A DNA stretch of 63,907 bases, filler included, from Octopus bimaculoides (GCF_001194135.2; 4 parts of 4 records of this genome joined end to end with filler, not necessarily neighbours in it); one strand, 5' to 3'. Shown: positions 12,473 through 28,025, counted from the first letter of the whole stretch. Notes: generated by a model not told the origin, from the letters alone. Numbers and translations: made by a program.

Positions 12473-12622
12473 GTGAAAACTAAGCACAACAGTGACATTT
12501 TGCTATAAACTTCCATTAACGTAGATACGACCTCTGCATTTTTCTTCAGTACAACGCCAAGATTCTTTCCTATTTCTAACTTTTATATTTAACTGATATA
12601 AGAATCTATTTAGTAAAATGTT
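12473..12622 (-). pseudogene. FLYWCH zinc-finger-like remnant (MULE-type transposase)
   Basis: NILLNRFLYQLNIKVRNRKESWRCTEEKCRGRIYVNGSL*QNVTVVLSFH fits F-x-Y...WRC-x4-C-x-(A/G)R...H; internal stop. Confidence 0.5.
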
Positions 12623-13449
12623 CTTTAGCAATTTCTCTAACAAAATCAACTTTATAGGGTTAATTTATTAGTTTTAACTTTGTAAAGGGCTACAGCTAGA
12701 TAGTAAACTAAAATGCTTGTAACTTAAAATGAAGACAATACTGTCCTTGAGTTGCCAAATATGATTAATGAAATGATACTAAAACATACAATAAAAGAGA
12801 TGTTTGGGCTATTAATAATTTAAACCAATAAAATTTCTTTAATGGTTGTTAAGGAGTAGAAAGAGAATAGATAAAAATGAAATGTCGTCTTTTATTTAAT
12901 AAACGAGTATGTATATACATACATAAACACACACATATTTACACATACATATATACACAACACACACACACACAAATTATATTTACTTATATATATGCAA
13001 ATATATGTATATATATGGGTATACATATCTATAAATGTATGTGTGTGTGTTTGTGTGTAAATACGCACACACACGCACACACCAATACAGAGACAGAGAG
13101 GGAGAGAGAGGGAGAATGAAGGACTACCAAATTAAGCAGGAGACATTGTTTATAAAATATTTAGTTACATTATCTTACGTGCGTTTCACTATTATTAGTT
13201 ATATAAAGTAAATTATATAATCACATACCATTGTCAATTCTTTAGAGATTCTTAACCCTCTTTTGNNNNNNNNNNNNNNNNNNNNNNNNNNNNNNNNNNN
13301 NNNNNNNNNNNNNNNNNNNNNNNNNNNNNNNNNNNNNNNNNNNNNNNNNNNNNNNNNNNNNNNNNNNNNNNNNNNNNNNNNNNNNNNNNNNNNNNNNNNN
13401 NNNNNNNNNNNNNNNNNNNNNNNNNNNNNNNNNNNNNNNNNNNNNNNNN

Positions 13450-13524
<75 letters not shown>

Positions 13525-15189
13525 GCATCTGTGTGTGTATGTGTGTATGTGAACATGAGTGCATGTGTGTATGTGTTTTTACTTGCAGGAGTCAGTCAGA
13601 GTCATATATATATATATATATAGGTGTATATATGTGTAGGTGTAGAGTCATGCATCTATCTATCGACCTGTATATGTAAACTGGCACTTCGTCGGTTACG
13701 ACGACGAGTGTTCCAGTTGATCCAGTCCACGCAACAACCTGTGGACCTTGTGGTTGTGAGACAAACTTCTTACCTATTCTGGTTTCTTACCAATTTCTAT
13801 CAACCAAATTTTATAAACAAATAATGTATTTAGTCAACTCGCAGTAGCCCAGTCACCACAGTGTAGAAATAGGACTGAGGACTGAACCCGGATCCATGTG
13901 GCTGCGAAGCAAACTGCTTAACGATAGAGCTGCATTTGCGCCCAATCTTGCTTGATCATGAACAAATAAGAATGATAACCTAATTGGAAATCTATACTGT
14001 TTATAATACCGAAGTATGGCCTTGTGGTAACAACCAGTAATAAGCGATTACTGTGAGGCTACTTATCGATAGAATAAACCAATACAGTTTTCTTTCCCTT
14101 CTTTGAGCTTCATATATTTATATATTCATTTAAGTATTTAAATATTTCGCTGCTACTATGCAATCATTCTAGCAATAGATTCAGGGAGAAATAACAATTA
14201 TTTGCAGGAAAGTTAATAATAATAGTGCAAAGCAATGACTTCAATACCACATCTGTAAAATCTCCAATGTATATAGTTTCTACATCGAAGCAAGTATATT
14301 CGCATATTCGTACTTGATCTTAGTTCAATATATGAAAATATATTCATGTTTGTGATAGACTAGTCAGAATAATGTATTGCTTCTTTATTCATGGCATTCT
14401 TATTCTTATTTGGACTATTTCATTGGTATTAACTCAAGTGAAAATATAAATAATAAAAAAATGAATAAATTAATAAAACATATAAAAACAACAATAACAA
14501 CAGCAACACCGACTGAACGTTGCATAAACGCTCTGGATACTGTATTAATAATTGATTGGACATACGATGTCCGGGGACCTATTAACATCATTACTATGTT
14601 TAGTATGTTTAGCTGACTAGATCTATCAATACCTTGTGTGTACATATATACGCGCATGCATACATACATAGATACATACATACATGCATACATACATACA
14701 TACATACATACATACACATGCAAGCATATGTATATGTGTATATATGTTTTTTCTTGTATAGGAATTTCAAAGATTATACGCCATATTTCTTGCTAGTGAA
14801 CACCAGTCAGTTCAAATCTATTATTCGATATGTAGGTCAACGTATAACTCATTTTGGTGAAAGTAGAATTGCTGTGGGCTGTTCCATTTCTTACTAAACT
14901 ACATTATAATGAATAACCTTAGACCAAATTTCGAAATATTGAAGAAGAATGGTGGCTGTTGCATGAAATCTACTCCGAGTAATATTGCTACTTGAAATAT
15001 ATATCAACATTAGTATTGTCCAAATTATATTTAATATATGTATCTCGGCAAAGAAATCTGTTAATAATAGTCATAAGATGGGAAGATCAATTCAAGTATG
15101 TTATATATTTTAGTCAATGGAAAACCAGTAGTTTGTGGTTATGAATAACTTCATAAGAAGATTTACATTTGGGGGTTCTTGTTATTAAA

Positions 15190-15197
<8 letters not shown>

Positions 15198-15282
<85 letters not shown>
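15198..15282. repeat. (AG)n microsatellite
   Basis: Perfect run; a similar one lies at 16600-16677. Confidence 0.98.
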
Positions 15283-15285
<3 letters not shown>

Positions 15286-15764
15286 AAAATATATATTGCA
15301 TGGAACATAAGTAGAGTTTCATTATCTGTAAGTCTCATAGTCTCAGAGAATAATTCTCTAAAGAATTTTCTTATTAGATTTTGCTAGCGTGAAATATAGA
15401 GAACGAGAGCACAAATGGCTTGTTTAATAGGACATCAACCAGTTGAGAATTTTCTCGGTCTGCATATTCACTGAAAATGTCCATAACGAGACTAACGCTT
15501 AATATCTAAGATCATCCAACCGGAAGTATATACAGCTGGGTAGAATAATATAGTTAACGAAGCAACTGTAGCACTGAAGTTTGTTGTCTTGCAGTGATGA
15601 AGTCGATTTCTCTTAAAGACGAAAAAAGAGACTGATACAGCCCAACGTCTAAGTGAATGATACAGCCCGACATCTAATACATATGTAACTATTATTCACA
15701 AATTGTGATCCGGATCACATTATATTATGTGCTAATTGTGAAAACGATAATTCGTAGATTCTTT

Positions 15765-15980
15765 TCTTTTCTACTCTAGGCACAAGGCCCGAAATTTTGG
15801 GGTCGGGGGGCCAGTCGATTAGGTCAGCCCCAGGAGGCAACTAGTACTTAATTTATCGTCCCCGAAAGGATGAAAAGCAGAGTCGACCTCGGCGGAATTT
15901 GAACACAAAACGTAAAGACAGACGAAATACCGCTAAGCATTTCGCCCGGCGTGGAAACGATTTTGCCAGCTCACTACCTT
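15765..15980 (-). mobile_element. SINE monomer (same family as 34024-34447)
   Basis: aggcacaaggcccgaaattttgg...agtcgacctcggcggaatttgaac...gctaagcatttcgcccggcg; further copies near 17375-17830, 36370-36830, 52300-52900 and 58200-58390. Confidence 0.8.
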
Positions 15981-16269
15981 AAAATTCATAGATTGATGAA
16001 GATTTGTCAGCTACCTTTATCACGTCGAGAGATCGAGTAGTAACTTTATCTAAAGACAGGGAGGTGGTTAATTGATAAAGAGCTCGATCAAATAATGAGA
16101 AAGAAAGGTAAATATATTCAGTATTTATCTCTAGAAGTAGCATTAACTAAAGCAGAGATAAATTGTATGAATTTCAGTTGCTTTTAACTCTAGACCGAAT
16201 ATGATTAAGCCATCCGCACACACACTGTATCAATGTATAGATGTGTGCGTATGTGTGTATGTATGTATG

Positions 16270-16300
<31 letters not shown>

Positions 16301-16597
16301 GCTTGCATGTATGTATGTATGTATGTATGTATGTATGTATGTATGATTTATCTTTGAGTTTAAGTTCTTAATATAGATCAAGTCGTCGCTAACAAAGCGA
16401 CATGGCTATTTGAGATATGAAAGTACCCGGTGTTTGTAAATATGTAGTTGAGATAGTGGGTTGGCTGAAATGTCGATGCACACACCTAAATGCGTGCATA
16501 TATGCACATAAGACTCTCAAATGGAGAATTTTTGGAATGTCTTACGAGCGTAATGGACAACACATAGGTTATTTTTTCATTCGTTACAATATTAATA

Positions 16598-16677
<80 letters not shown>

Positions 16678-18378
16678 ACTGCAACTTCTTCTTTTCCTTT
16701 TTAAGACAGTGGAATGTAACTTTCGGAAGATTTAGCAACCTGATCTAATGAATGCAGTGAGAAAGTCCCTCACTCTCAGTTGAGAAATACACTGAAAGTT
16801 TTCTGCGCAATTCGATGTATAGAAAATTCTTCTATTACACTAAATGAAACTAATGAGTTGTTGATACTGACTAATCCCTTTTTGAAATCTCCTAGGGCTT
16901 CAGTAAATACAGTCACATTCTGGTTAATCCCCCTTAGCCTTACAAATGACTCGATATTTACTGTTTTCTTTTTTCCTGATTCCTCATTGAATACTAACAT
17001 CTCTAGGTTGAAGCCACTCAAAGATATTTTTTTACAATTTTAACTAATCACTTTGTTTACATCATTTGGGGCTGTCTTTTGCTGAGTTATATCAGTATTA
17101 AATAATTAAACTTAAGCGTTATTAGCATTCCATGCCAGTTGATCTGACGAGTTCCATTTGTAAACTAATCAAGCTACATTGATAGCAACAATTCTTGCCT
17201 GTAGAACGAGTTTTCGAAGGATGCTTCTTCTTAATTTGGTTCCTTTTTCTGTTTGTTTTTAAAATGATTCCCCGATTTTCTATTTAATTTATTTTACAGT
17301 GTTTTTATTCACGTTCCTGTTAACTGCAGAGGTTTTAATCCATCAAAAGGGAATCAATTATTAATAATAATAATTGTTTCAAATTTTGGTACAAGGCCAG
17401 CAATTTTCGGGGAAGAGGATAAGCCTATTACATCGACTGCTGGTACTTATTTCATTGACCATGAAGGAATGAGATTCAAAGTTGACTTCGGCAGCACATA
17501 AATCAGAACATAAAGACGGACGAAATAAATTCCCCTATGCATTTTGCTCGGCGTGTTAATGATTCTACCGGTTCACTGTCTCGTTTAATAATAATAATAT
17601 TGGTTTCAAATTTGATACAAGGCATCAAATTTGGCGGGAGGGAATGAGTCGAACACATCAGCGCCAGTGCGCAACTGATTCGATTCTTATTTGATCGACC
17701 CCAGCATTCAATTCGGTCTCATTTCATCGATAACGAAAGGATGAAAGGCAAAGTTGACCTTAGCAGAATTTGAGAGTTGAAATCACGATCTAATGCCCGT
17801 AAGAACATGACAACTACGCCACTCGCCTTCAGAGAATTATATTTGATGCATCATGCCAAATATAATTACTATTTACTATACATCGTATTCAATGTTATTC
17901 CACATTACACAAGCATAAAATTTGTGCAGACATTCATACATAACACACATACACACTCGCGCGCGCACACACCTACATGTATTCGTGCGTATGTATGCTT
18001 ATATATGCAAACATATATAAATACGTATGTATGCATACATATATACATGTATGTGTATGTGTGTGTATGTCTGAAGATTTTACAAGTAATTTCTAATTTG
18101 CGACTAGCTCGCATTTGTTCGTCTGAGTAGCACTTCGGTTTAGTGTGAAATTGTTTATAGATATAATTTGACGCAAAAATATAAACAGCTACTAGGTACA
18201 CACACACAAGCACACACACACACAAACACATACACACGCACATATTTGAGGAGTTTTAGACAACTTTCTCACTTCTCCTCTCCTCCCTTCCTCCTCCTCT
18301 GTCTCTGTCTGTCTGCTTGTCTGTCTCTCTATATAAATACATTTATACTCATATCCAGTTTTTCATACACACCAAAAA

Positions 18379-18457
<79 letters not shown>

Positions 18458-19749
18458 GGTCCATCTAAGCAGACACACACAAACGCGTATTTGTATGTAT
18501 GTACAACCTGTGCTTGTGCGTGCATAACTAAATGAATAATATATGAAAGTATTGGAAAGTGCAACGTTAGTTCAGTATGAAATGGGCATAAAAATGAGTG
18601 TATACTTATTTATGCGTAGTCTATTGGAAATTTTATGTATGTCTGTTTTATTTTCATGTGTGTACGTCTATATTTTACTTCGCCTAATTCGCACCTTACA
18701 TGTTGCGAATAACAGCGGAATAAATTCTCATCTCTTTGTTGGAATAGTTTTATTTACATATAAAAATGCAATGAATTTAACCTTCAAATATGAACACGTT
18801 CTTCCTACTCTCTCTTTCTGTCTGCCTCTGTACAAGACCAAACGATGAAACGCACACAAACCCAGGCAGGCACAAACATATATATATATATATATATATA
18901 TATANNNNNNNNNNNNNNNNNNNNNNNNNNNNNNNNNNNNNNNNNNNNNNNNNNNNNNNNNNNNNNNNNNNNNNNNNNNNNNNNNNNNNNNNNNNNNNNN
19001 NNNNNNNNNNNNNNNNNNNNNNNNNNNNNNNNNNNNNNNNNNNNNNNNNNNNNNNNNNNNNNNNNNNNNNNNNNNNNNNNNNNNNNNNNNNNNNNNNNNN
19101 NNNNNNNNNNNNNNNNNNNNNNNNNNNNNNNNNNNNNNNNNNNNNNNNNNNNNNNNNNNNNNNNNNNNNNNNNNNNNNNNNNNNNNNNNNNNNNNNNNNN
19201 NNNNNNNNNNNNNNNNNNNNNNNNNNNNNNNNNNNNNNNNNNNNNNNNNNNNNNNNNNNNNNNNNNNNNNNNNNNNNNNNNNNNNNNNNNNNNNNNNNNN
19301 NNNNNNNNNNNNNNNNNNNNNNNNNNNNNNNNNNNNNNNNNNNNNNNNNNNNNNNNNNNNNNNNNNNNNNNNNNNNNNNNNNNNNNNNNNNNNNNNNNNN
19401 NNNNNNNNNNNNNNNNNNTATATATATATACATGCATACCTACATATACATACATACGTACACATACATACGTACACATACACACAAATACATATATATA
19501 TTCACGTATATATATATATATATATCAATGTTTTCTTTCTGCTCGTTCTATGTGTTCTCCATTGTTATCACCGCATAAATCACGTAATTGATGGCGTCTC
19601 GTACACGTTAGCTATTCACTTGTAAGCATGTGTGCATGTATCTGTTAGTCAAATTTATGACGGCTTTACTCCTTAAAAATTTTGTTGGCATGAACATTCC
19701 AGGTCCTCAACTACGTACTCATTTGAGCTTTGTAGTAACGGCTATCTGC

Positions 19750-19799
<50 letters not shown>

Positions 19800-19889
19800 T
19801 CTAAGTGTATACATACATAGATATACAGCCGTGATTATCGTCACCATGAGTATATATATATATATATATATATATATGTGATGACATCG

Positions 19890-20470
19890 TTGGTCGCTGT
19901 ATGGCTCGGGTCACTGTATGGCTCGGGTTATCTAAAGTTTGAATGAAAGTTCCATCTGGAATTTATACTTGACGGATTATGATTGGTACAATAAAGCAAC
20001 TATTTCTTTTTTGGTAACTAATATTAATTACAAATACAAGGCACAGGAATGGGAACGAAATTCGCATCAACATTTGCGATACTGGTAATGGGGTGGCTGG
20101 AAGAAAAAGATCTGTACCTTACCCAATATTTCCAATTCTATTTAATAGGAAATTGGAAAAGATTCCTGAATGACCGCTTCATATTTGGGGGTGAAATTAG
20201 GGAGAACCTTATAAGTTTTCTTAAAAGAATTAACAACATTCATGCATCGATCCAGTTTATTATGGAAATGAATGAAAGGAAACTTCCTATCTTAGACATA
20301 CTGAGGGACGTGGGAAATAATTGAAAAGGGAATAACCTAAAGATTCAAGAATGGGGAGGAATTAAAGGTGGATGCACACATGAATTGCAAAAGAAAAACG
20401 AACAAAACAAAAATCTCATTTACTGCAACAGATGCCCATACTACAGTAAGATTTACATCGGAGAAACAGG
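19890..20470 (+). mobile_element. Penelope-like RT and GIY-YIG remnants (internally deleted)
   Basis: MGTKFASTFAILVMG, WKRFLND (decayed RYxDD), INNIHASIQFIME..LPILDI, then NLIYCNRCPYYSKIYIGETG. Confidence 0.85.
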
Positions 20471-21054
20471 ATCTAAACCAATCAGCAAATTGTAGATTTG
20501 TCTCTTAGAAATTTTCCATGAAGTGTACATATCTAGTCTTTCATGCAAAATGGAAAATTCAAAATATTTTCTTTTTTCATGATAAAGGAAGTTGATCAAC
20601 TAAGAAAGGTAAAGAAGAATGATTTATATAAATTCTAAATCTGTAACTAAACCGTAGGTAGTCAACAGCATTACTGAAACAACTCCCTCTCTACGGATTA
20701 GCTTAGAACACAGCTGTTTACAAAGTTGAACCACGAAAGTGCTTACAGACAATATTAAAACTTCCTTCGAAAAGGTCATGGCATTCTGTTTTTTCGAAAC
20801 AAGAAAAAAACAAAACAAAACATAGCAGTTAAATAACAAAAATGTAAGAATATCTTTCCTTAAACATTCTTGTNNNNNNNNNNTGAAGCTAAAACACGCA
20901 GAGTAAATCTGCTTGGAGCAGATTGACCTTAAACTCTGCTGTGCAGGCGCACTAAGTTTTAACGTTCTGCATCAAATATTGCCAAATGCTTGGCGATATC
21001 GGCTCAGAGGCCTTTGGCAGTAATTGCACCTTCAATTCTACAAGGTATCGATTG

Positions 21055-21315
21055 GTACAAAGTTTAAATTGTTTCCAAAGGAAGTTTTGTCCATTCTTAA
21101 GCTAAAGCAGTCTCCAGTTCTAGTAGTAATAATGGTGGAGGATATCGACTCCTTATTTGTTTTTCTAAAATGCACCATAAATGTTCAATAATATTGAGAT
21201 CTGGGAACTGTGGTGGCCAGATAAAATGTTCAACTTCAGTAGAATGTTCCTCGTGCCATTCAGTAACAACTTTAGCAGTGTCAATCGGTTCATTATCATG
21301 CGAGCATGAAAAGTA
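21055..21315 (-). mobile_element. Tc1-like remnant, same family as 63152-63907
   Basis: High nucleotide similarity to about 63210-63460; WPPQFPDLNIIEHL. Confidence 0.8.
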
Positions 21316-22417
21316 ATATTCTTAAGATTATAAACCTGGAAAAGTACAGGACAAGTTACTACACCTGGAAAAGTACAGGACAGGCTATTACTTCAAGTAA
21401 AGTAAAGAATAAGAAATTTTTTACTTAAAATATTGCAGCAAAGAATACCAGTTTTTCGAATTTATCACTCTTTACAGTTCTCATCTTTTAAATTTATTGT
21501 ATAAAACTTTTAATAATTGCTTTCTTTTAGTAATTTTAGTAATTCTTACATACCTAATTAATAAGCAGCTTTCTCCATTATATATAGATATATATTACAT
21601 ATATATTACATGTATTATATAGATAAATATTACATATACATTACATATATTCTGAATTCAAATATATTTTTTCGCCTGTAACGCATGCATGCATTATTAT
21701 ATATTTGCATAGAGAAACTCAGACTCATTTTCATATATAATGGTCTTGGCGAACGAAGCATTTTTGTAGATGCGAGCATCACCGATATGTAATGTGTAAA
21801 CGTATATGTGGAACTAGTTGGAAATTAGATATACACACACACACACATACACAAACACACACATTAACAAATGTACATGTGTATGTATATCTCTAAATTT
21901 TATCTGATATTCACATCTCATTTACTTCGAATAGCTGAAAGTGGAGACACAGTGTTGAAAATATATATTTATAAGGTGATAGAAGAAAGACGTTAAAAAT
22001 ATTCAATAAACTAGCAGAACATCGTTTAGATGTTCCCTAGACAAAATGTCTCCGGAGTTTTGGCAAAGTGATCACTGAAAATTACAGGAATTATCTCTTA
22101 TTATTTTGGAGGCGGACTATCGGATATTCGTTCTAAAGTGTTTGCCGTAACTTCGGTACATATGTACCGATTTATATACGGGTATCTCGGATCAGACGGC
22201 CCAAATCAGAATCGTTCCAAAAACATTATTTGACGGTTCTATTAACCTTTCTATTTTGCTTATGCATAATTCATATATAAATTTCAGGGCAGAGAAAATA
22301 ATCCCAGCTCTTAAGCTGATTAAATAATATAAAATTATGGTGAAAACCTATATATGTATATACATATATCTATATTTACACACGCACACACACACACGCA
22401 CACACACACATACACAT

Positions 22418-22462
<45 letters not shown>

Positions 22463-22562
22463 TATATAAAGAATAATAATAAATGGAGCAAAACGCATAT
22501 TATCAATAAGTTCCTTTAATTCCTACATATGTTTCAAAATTTATGTGCACTCTACTCCACTC

Positions 22563-22683
<121 letters not shown>

Positions 22684-23303
22684 TACGTATGAATGTGTGT
22701 GTGTGTGAGTTTGAGTTTGTTCCTCCACCTCATTTAAATCGGTGTTGGCTTGTCAGCCTAAACCTTGCGGTTTGGTCTAAACCCTGCAAGGCGCGTGTTC
22801 CAGCATGGATGCAATCCAGTGACTGAAACCAGTAAAAAGCAAAAATGTAACGTTATACGCGTAACGTGCGGTCACGATATCTACTGTTAGAATACGTCGC
22901 TCTTATCTATTCAGTAACAACAGAACTTGCTATAATATCCAATGTTTCTCATTTCCTCTCAATTTGTGAGAGTATTTAATGGAGCCTAACACACTCATTA
23001 GCCAAACTATGGATATCTAATAATAAAATTTATATGTTAATTAATGGTCGAAATATTCTTGATTAATTTAGACAATTTTTGAGATTTTTTGCTTGTTAAT
23101 TTTTGTTTCTGTTCAATAAGTGAGATTGGCAATATCTAAATTTCTAAATTTCGATTTATATTTTATTTCTTTGTTATTTTTGAATTTTTTTTTTGGTTTT
23201 TGCTTTTAAACCATTTGTTTTTTGTTCTTAATTTTATGGTTTTCAATCACATGAGAGAGCAAAGCAATCAATAAATTGGAATGGTAAATCAGGAAGAAAA
23301 ACA

Positions 23304-23344
<41 letters not shown>

Positions 23345-24039
23345 TATATATGTATACATATATATATGTATATATATATATGCGTGTGTGTGTATGTGTG
23401 TGTGTGAGTGAGTGTGTGTGTGCATGTGTGTGTGTATGTGTGTGTGTGAGTGAGTGTGTGTGTGCATGTGTGTGTGTACATATATTTATATATATATATA
23501 TTTGACTAGCTCTGTCCATAAGCAGTACGTACACACACACGCACGCACACACGCACACACACACACACACACACACGCACACACGGACACACACATGTAT
23601 TGCTTATGGACAGAGCTAGTCAAATGAAGTCGGAAAACATTTAACAATAAACAGTTTATCTGTTGTTGTCGTTACCATTGTTGTTGTTGTTGTTGTTGTT
23701 GTTCCAAATATCGCCCCCTTCCCCGCTCAGTGTCTTTTAGCCACTTTGAGATTAAAATAAGAAACTACCAAACTGGAACACCGAGAAAAAAAAAACAAAA
23801 AACAACACGAAAAACAACACAAGAACCAAGCAAATATTAGAATTCAGTGATTAGATGTAATTTTTTAGCGAGAAATGTGGAAATCATTTCACATTACTTG
23901 AAAACCTTGAGACAGAATTCTTTGGACGGAATCAAACTAAAACTTTAACGTATCGCGTCCGTCTTCTTTTCCCTGTTTATAATCTCTTTTTTTTTTTTTT
24001 AACAAGATAAGCTCTATTTTGTCTTTGCTTTTTTCTTCC

Positions 24040-24127
24040 TTGCTCCTTACCCCTTCTTTCTTTCATTCCTTCCTTCTTTCCTTCCTTGCTTCCTTCCGCT
24101 TTTCCATTTCTTCTTTCCACTTCCTTT

Positions 24128-24177
<50 letters not shown>

Positions 24178-24429
24178 CTTTTTTTACCATTTCCTTCCTT
24201 CCTTCCTTCCTTCCTTCCTTCCTATCTTCTTTTCTTTCTTCCCCTTTTCTTCCATTTCTTTCTCTCGTTCTTTCTTTCCCTTCTTCTTCTATTTCTTTCT
24301 TTTCTTTCTTTCTTTTCTTTCTTTCTTTTCTTTCTTTCTTTTCTTTCTTTCTTTCCTTTCTTTCTTTTCTTTCTTTCTTTTCTTTCTTTCTTTCGTTCTT
24401 TCGTTCTTTCTTTCTTTCGTTCTTTCTTC

Positions 24430-24460
<31 letters not shown>

Positions 24461-24470
24461 TTCTTTCCTG
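24040..24470. repeat. (TTTC)n/(TTCC)n pyrimidine tract
   Basis: About 430 bp of nearly purine-free + strand. Confidence 0.97.
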
Positions 24471-25023
24471 CGTCCACTATCCCACTCTCGCGTCTCTCCC
24501 TCCTTTGAAGGATGTGCTTCAGACCAACGAAATTCGTAGCTGGAATATTCATTGATTATTGTCGATTTGCTCGATCAGAATTGATTTAGAGCATAACAAA
24601 AACAACACTAACAACAACAACAACAACATTTACAGTAACAATGAAGTTGTAGCTCACAGTGTGGTAACCATTCCAATGTGTTATAGCCAAATACTAACAG
24701 ATAAGAAGCACAATTAGAATAAAAGTCTTTTACCATAGACACAGCTTAGCACTGGTGTCAGCATCTCCAGCTTTACTCCTCCGTTTGGTCGAATGAGTTA
24801 TTGAAATAGCGTGGCCAAAATTGGCTTTGTGTGCTTAATAAGTGAAAGAATTTTAATATATATTTGTGTTTTACGCCAACCATGTAAACAAACTTATAAT
24901 AGTCTTCAATAAGCATTGTTTTTTTTTAGTCTACAGCGCGAAATTATTTTGATTATATATCTTAAATTATATCAGTCTAACTATTTATTTGTTTGCTCTT
25001 CAAATATTGAATTACATATCTCT

Positions 25024-25073
<50 letters not shown>

Positions 25074-25872
25074 NNNNNNNNNNNNNNNNNNNNNNNNNNN
25101 NNNNNNNNNNNNNNNNNNNNNNNNNNNNNNNNNNNNNNNNNNNNNNNNNNNNNNNNNNNNNNNNNNNNNNNNNNNNNNNNNNNNNNNNNNNNNNNNNNNN
25201 NNNNNNNNNNNNNNNNNNNNNNNNNNNNNNNNNNNNNNNNNNNNNNNNNNNNNNNNNNNNNNNNNNNNNNNNNNNNNNNNNNNNNNNNNNNNNNNNNNNN
25301 NNNNNNNNNNNNNNNNNNNNNNNNNNNNNNNNNNNNNNNNNNNNNNNNNNNNNNNNNNNNNNNNNNNNNNNNNNNNNNNNNNNNNNNNNNNNNNNNNNNN
25401 NNNNNNNNNNNNNNNNNNNNNNNNNNNNNNNNNNNNNNNNNNNNNNNNNNNNNNNNNNNNNNNNNNNNNNNNNNNNNATATATATATATATATATATAAA
25501 AATGTTGTGCAGTAACACAGCGAGAAAGAGAAGGTAATTTTCAGGATCTTTTGGGATCTAACTATCCTTCAGCAAATTCTGTCATAGATTCTCCGTATAT
25601 TTATGAAGGATGCTGAGGATTCGGTTATTCAGAATTTTAATAATGTTGCTTGAGTTTTCAACCAGAGTCGACCGGAGAAGTAGTTTGCAGCATCAACAGC
25701 TGCAAACTACAGTAGCAATGAACCACAGCAGCGACCACAATGATGACGACAACAACATCGACAACAATAACACAGTGAACGCCTACGACAACGACAGCAA
25801 CTGCAGTGATGATGAAGAAATGATTACAACAATATAAACAAAAGCAATGACAACAACAAAAACTAATATCAG

Positions 25873-25881
<9 letters not shown>

Positions 25882-25948
<67 letters not shown>
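25882..25948. repeat. (AAT)n microsatellite
   Basis: Perfect trinucleotide run. Confidence 0.97.
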
Positions 25949-25950
<2 letters not shown>

Positions 25951-26819
25951 TGATTCCAAGAATGAAGAGAAAAGTAAAGAATGCTATATTGATTAATTTC
26001 AGAGACACAATTTGACCAGGTAGTGTGTATATATTCTTAAGGACATTGTTCGTATACCAAAGTGTAATGGTTACAAGGAATCAATATTTTAATCAAAGAC
26101 TCAGTTATACTCTATCAAATCAGACTATTCTCTAGTGTGTCTGTATTCTTGTATTGAAACGGTAATTTGTCAATTGTGTCTGAAGTTGTTGTTGTTGTTG
26201 TTCTTTAGCATTTGTCTTTGTGTTAGATATGCTGTATCTAAGATTACATTATTTAATGCATCTTTCGTTTCTTAACATGTTAAAGAGTGTTATAAGTGAA
26301 ATACGGCAGCAGTTTCCAGCTGATCAAGCAACCAGGAAATTTCTTCTGTGGCTGATGTATTTTAAGGTGAAAATATAAGTGCTTGAGCCAATAAATATCT
26401 ATGCTAGCAGCGACACTAAGTTCTGTACACTCTATAATCCACAAAATTAAAACGCAATGAAGATGACGAATATGTCATTGTATACTCAGATGATATCACA
26501 ATACTCCTCCCCAGTATATATGATACCACCTTAAACTCCTTATTAACTTTCTACTCACAAACATCAGCAACAGCTAACCTAGAAACTCCGTGCCAAACTT
26601 GTCTGAATATAAAGGTTAAAATATCTAACAACGGGAACACGACGGCCTAGCCTTTCTCAACAAAATCAGACCTCATTCGATTGCTGATCAAGCAAGGTAT
26701 ACAGTTATTAATATGCTACATTTCATCAAGGGAAGTGAGACATTTCAGTGCTGATCAGTTGCTGAGAGGACCCAAGTGCAAAGCATATTTAGGTACAACT
26801 TTGGATTAATGTTGCTTTT

Positions 26820-27235
26820 ATCTTTTACTTGTTTCAGTCATTATATTGTGACCATGCTGGGGCACCGCATTGAAGAATTCTTTTAGTCGAATGAATACAC
26901 CTAATGACTTATTTTTTTTCTTTTAAGCCTGGTACTTATACTACCGATCTCTTTTGCCGAGCCGCTAAGTTAAGAGAACGTAAAGACATCAGCACATGCT
27001 GTCAAGCTGTAGTGAGGGACAACCGCCCTCACACAAACACACACACACACATGCACGCTCACAAATATACACATAATCTATACGATCGGCTTCTTTCAGT
27101 TTCGATCTACCAAATCCACTCACATGGTTTTGGTCGGCTCTAGAAGAAAACACTTGCCCAAGGTACCACGCAGTGGGACTGACCCGCCCCCACCAAATCT
27201 GGTTGGGAAGCAAGCTTCTTATTACCTGCGCCTAT
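26820..27235 (-). mobile_element. SINE copy (same family as 1-351)
   Basis: Reverse-complement match to the 1-351 family, including both halves. Confidence 0.8.
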
Positions 27236-27970
27236 ATAAAGCATTCTAGAATACTCAACGCAAAGCGCAATAATTGAAAGAGAATGATTCACTCATCAAC
27301 AAACTTCAACTTCTGACCAACAAACACCCTCTCTGCTCTTTCTTTTCATTTACTGTTGCTATTTTTTCTGCATTTCTGAACTAACCATGTCTTATCTTAC
27401 CTCTGCACAAGGTTTTCAGGTATTCCTGGTTTTCCTTCTTCAGCATCTTTTCGTTATCTCACTCCACAAAGTTTACTATAAATTCTTTCAGATATCCTCC
27501 GCAACAGAAACCGCTTGGAACTCCCTATCTTCTATGGACTTCAATCTAGAAAAAATAAATCTGAAAGTTGTCAACTATCGCAGTTAAGCAGATTAAATCA
27601 GTATCTGCTTTTATCCTTTAACACCATAAAAGCTATATATCCATAATTTGATATATATAAATACACACACACACACACACACAGACACACATACACACAC
27701 ATATATACATGCCCATAAACACATACTCACACACAAGCGCAGACACACAGACACACAGACACAGATAAACACACACGCACACACAAATACACACTCACAC
27801 AAACAGAAATACACACACACAAATATATTAAGCAACAAGACAATACGTCACATATAGTACAACACAACAATATCTAACTCTTCCGTTTCACTGAACCTGT
27901 CACTAGCAAAGACATGACAAGACAAAAATGTTAACAGTCAGAATTCTATGAATTTCAATGGCAGTATATT

Positions 27971-28005
<35 letters not shown>

Positions 28006-28025
28006 TATTATTATTNNNNNNNNNN

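Noticed and set aside
16776-17021. Coding-looking minus-strand ORF (MSGFNLEMLVFNEESG...)
   Set aside because: No recognisable domain or splice sites and flanked by stops; cannot be assigned without a database search.
22153-22170. Perfect 18-bp palindrome tcggtacatatgtaccga beside a minus-strand TATAAA
   Set aside because: Isolated, with no downstream exon found; not enough to call a promoter.
27390-27450. CUGAAGA...CCU-GAAA on the minus strand next to a gtaaga donor
   Set aside because: Stem I and stem III cannot be formed convincingly, and the candidate exon has stops in all frames from the nearest acceptor.
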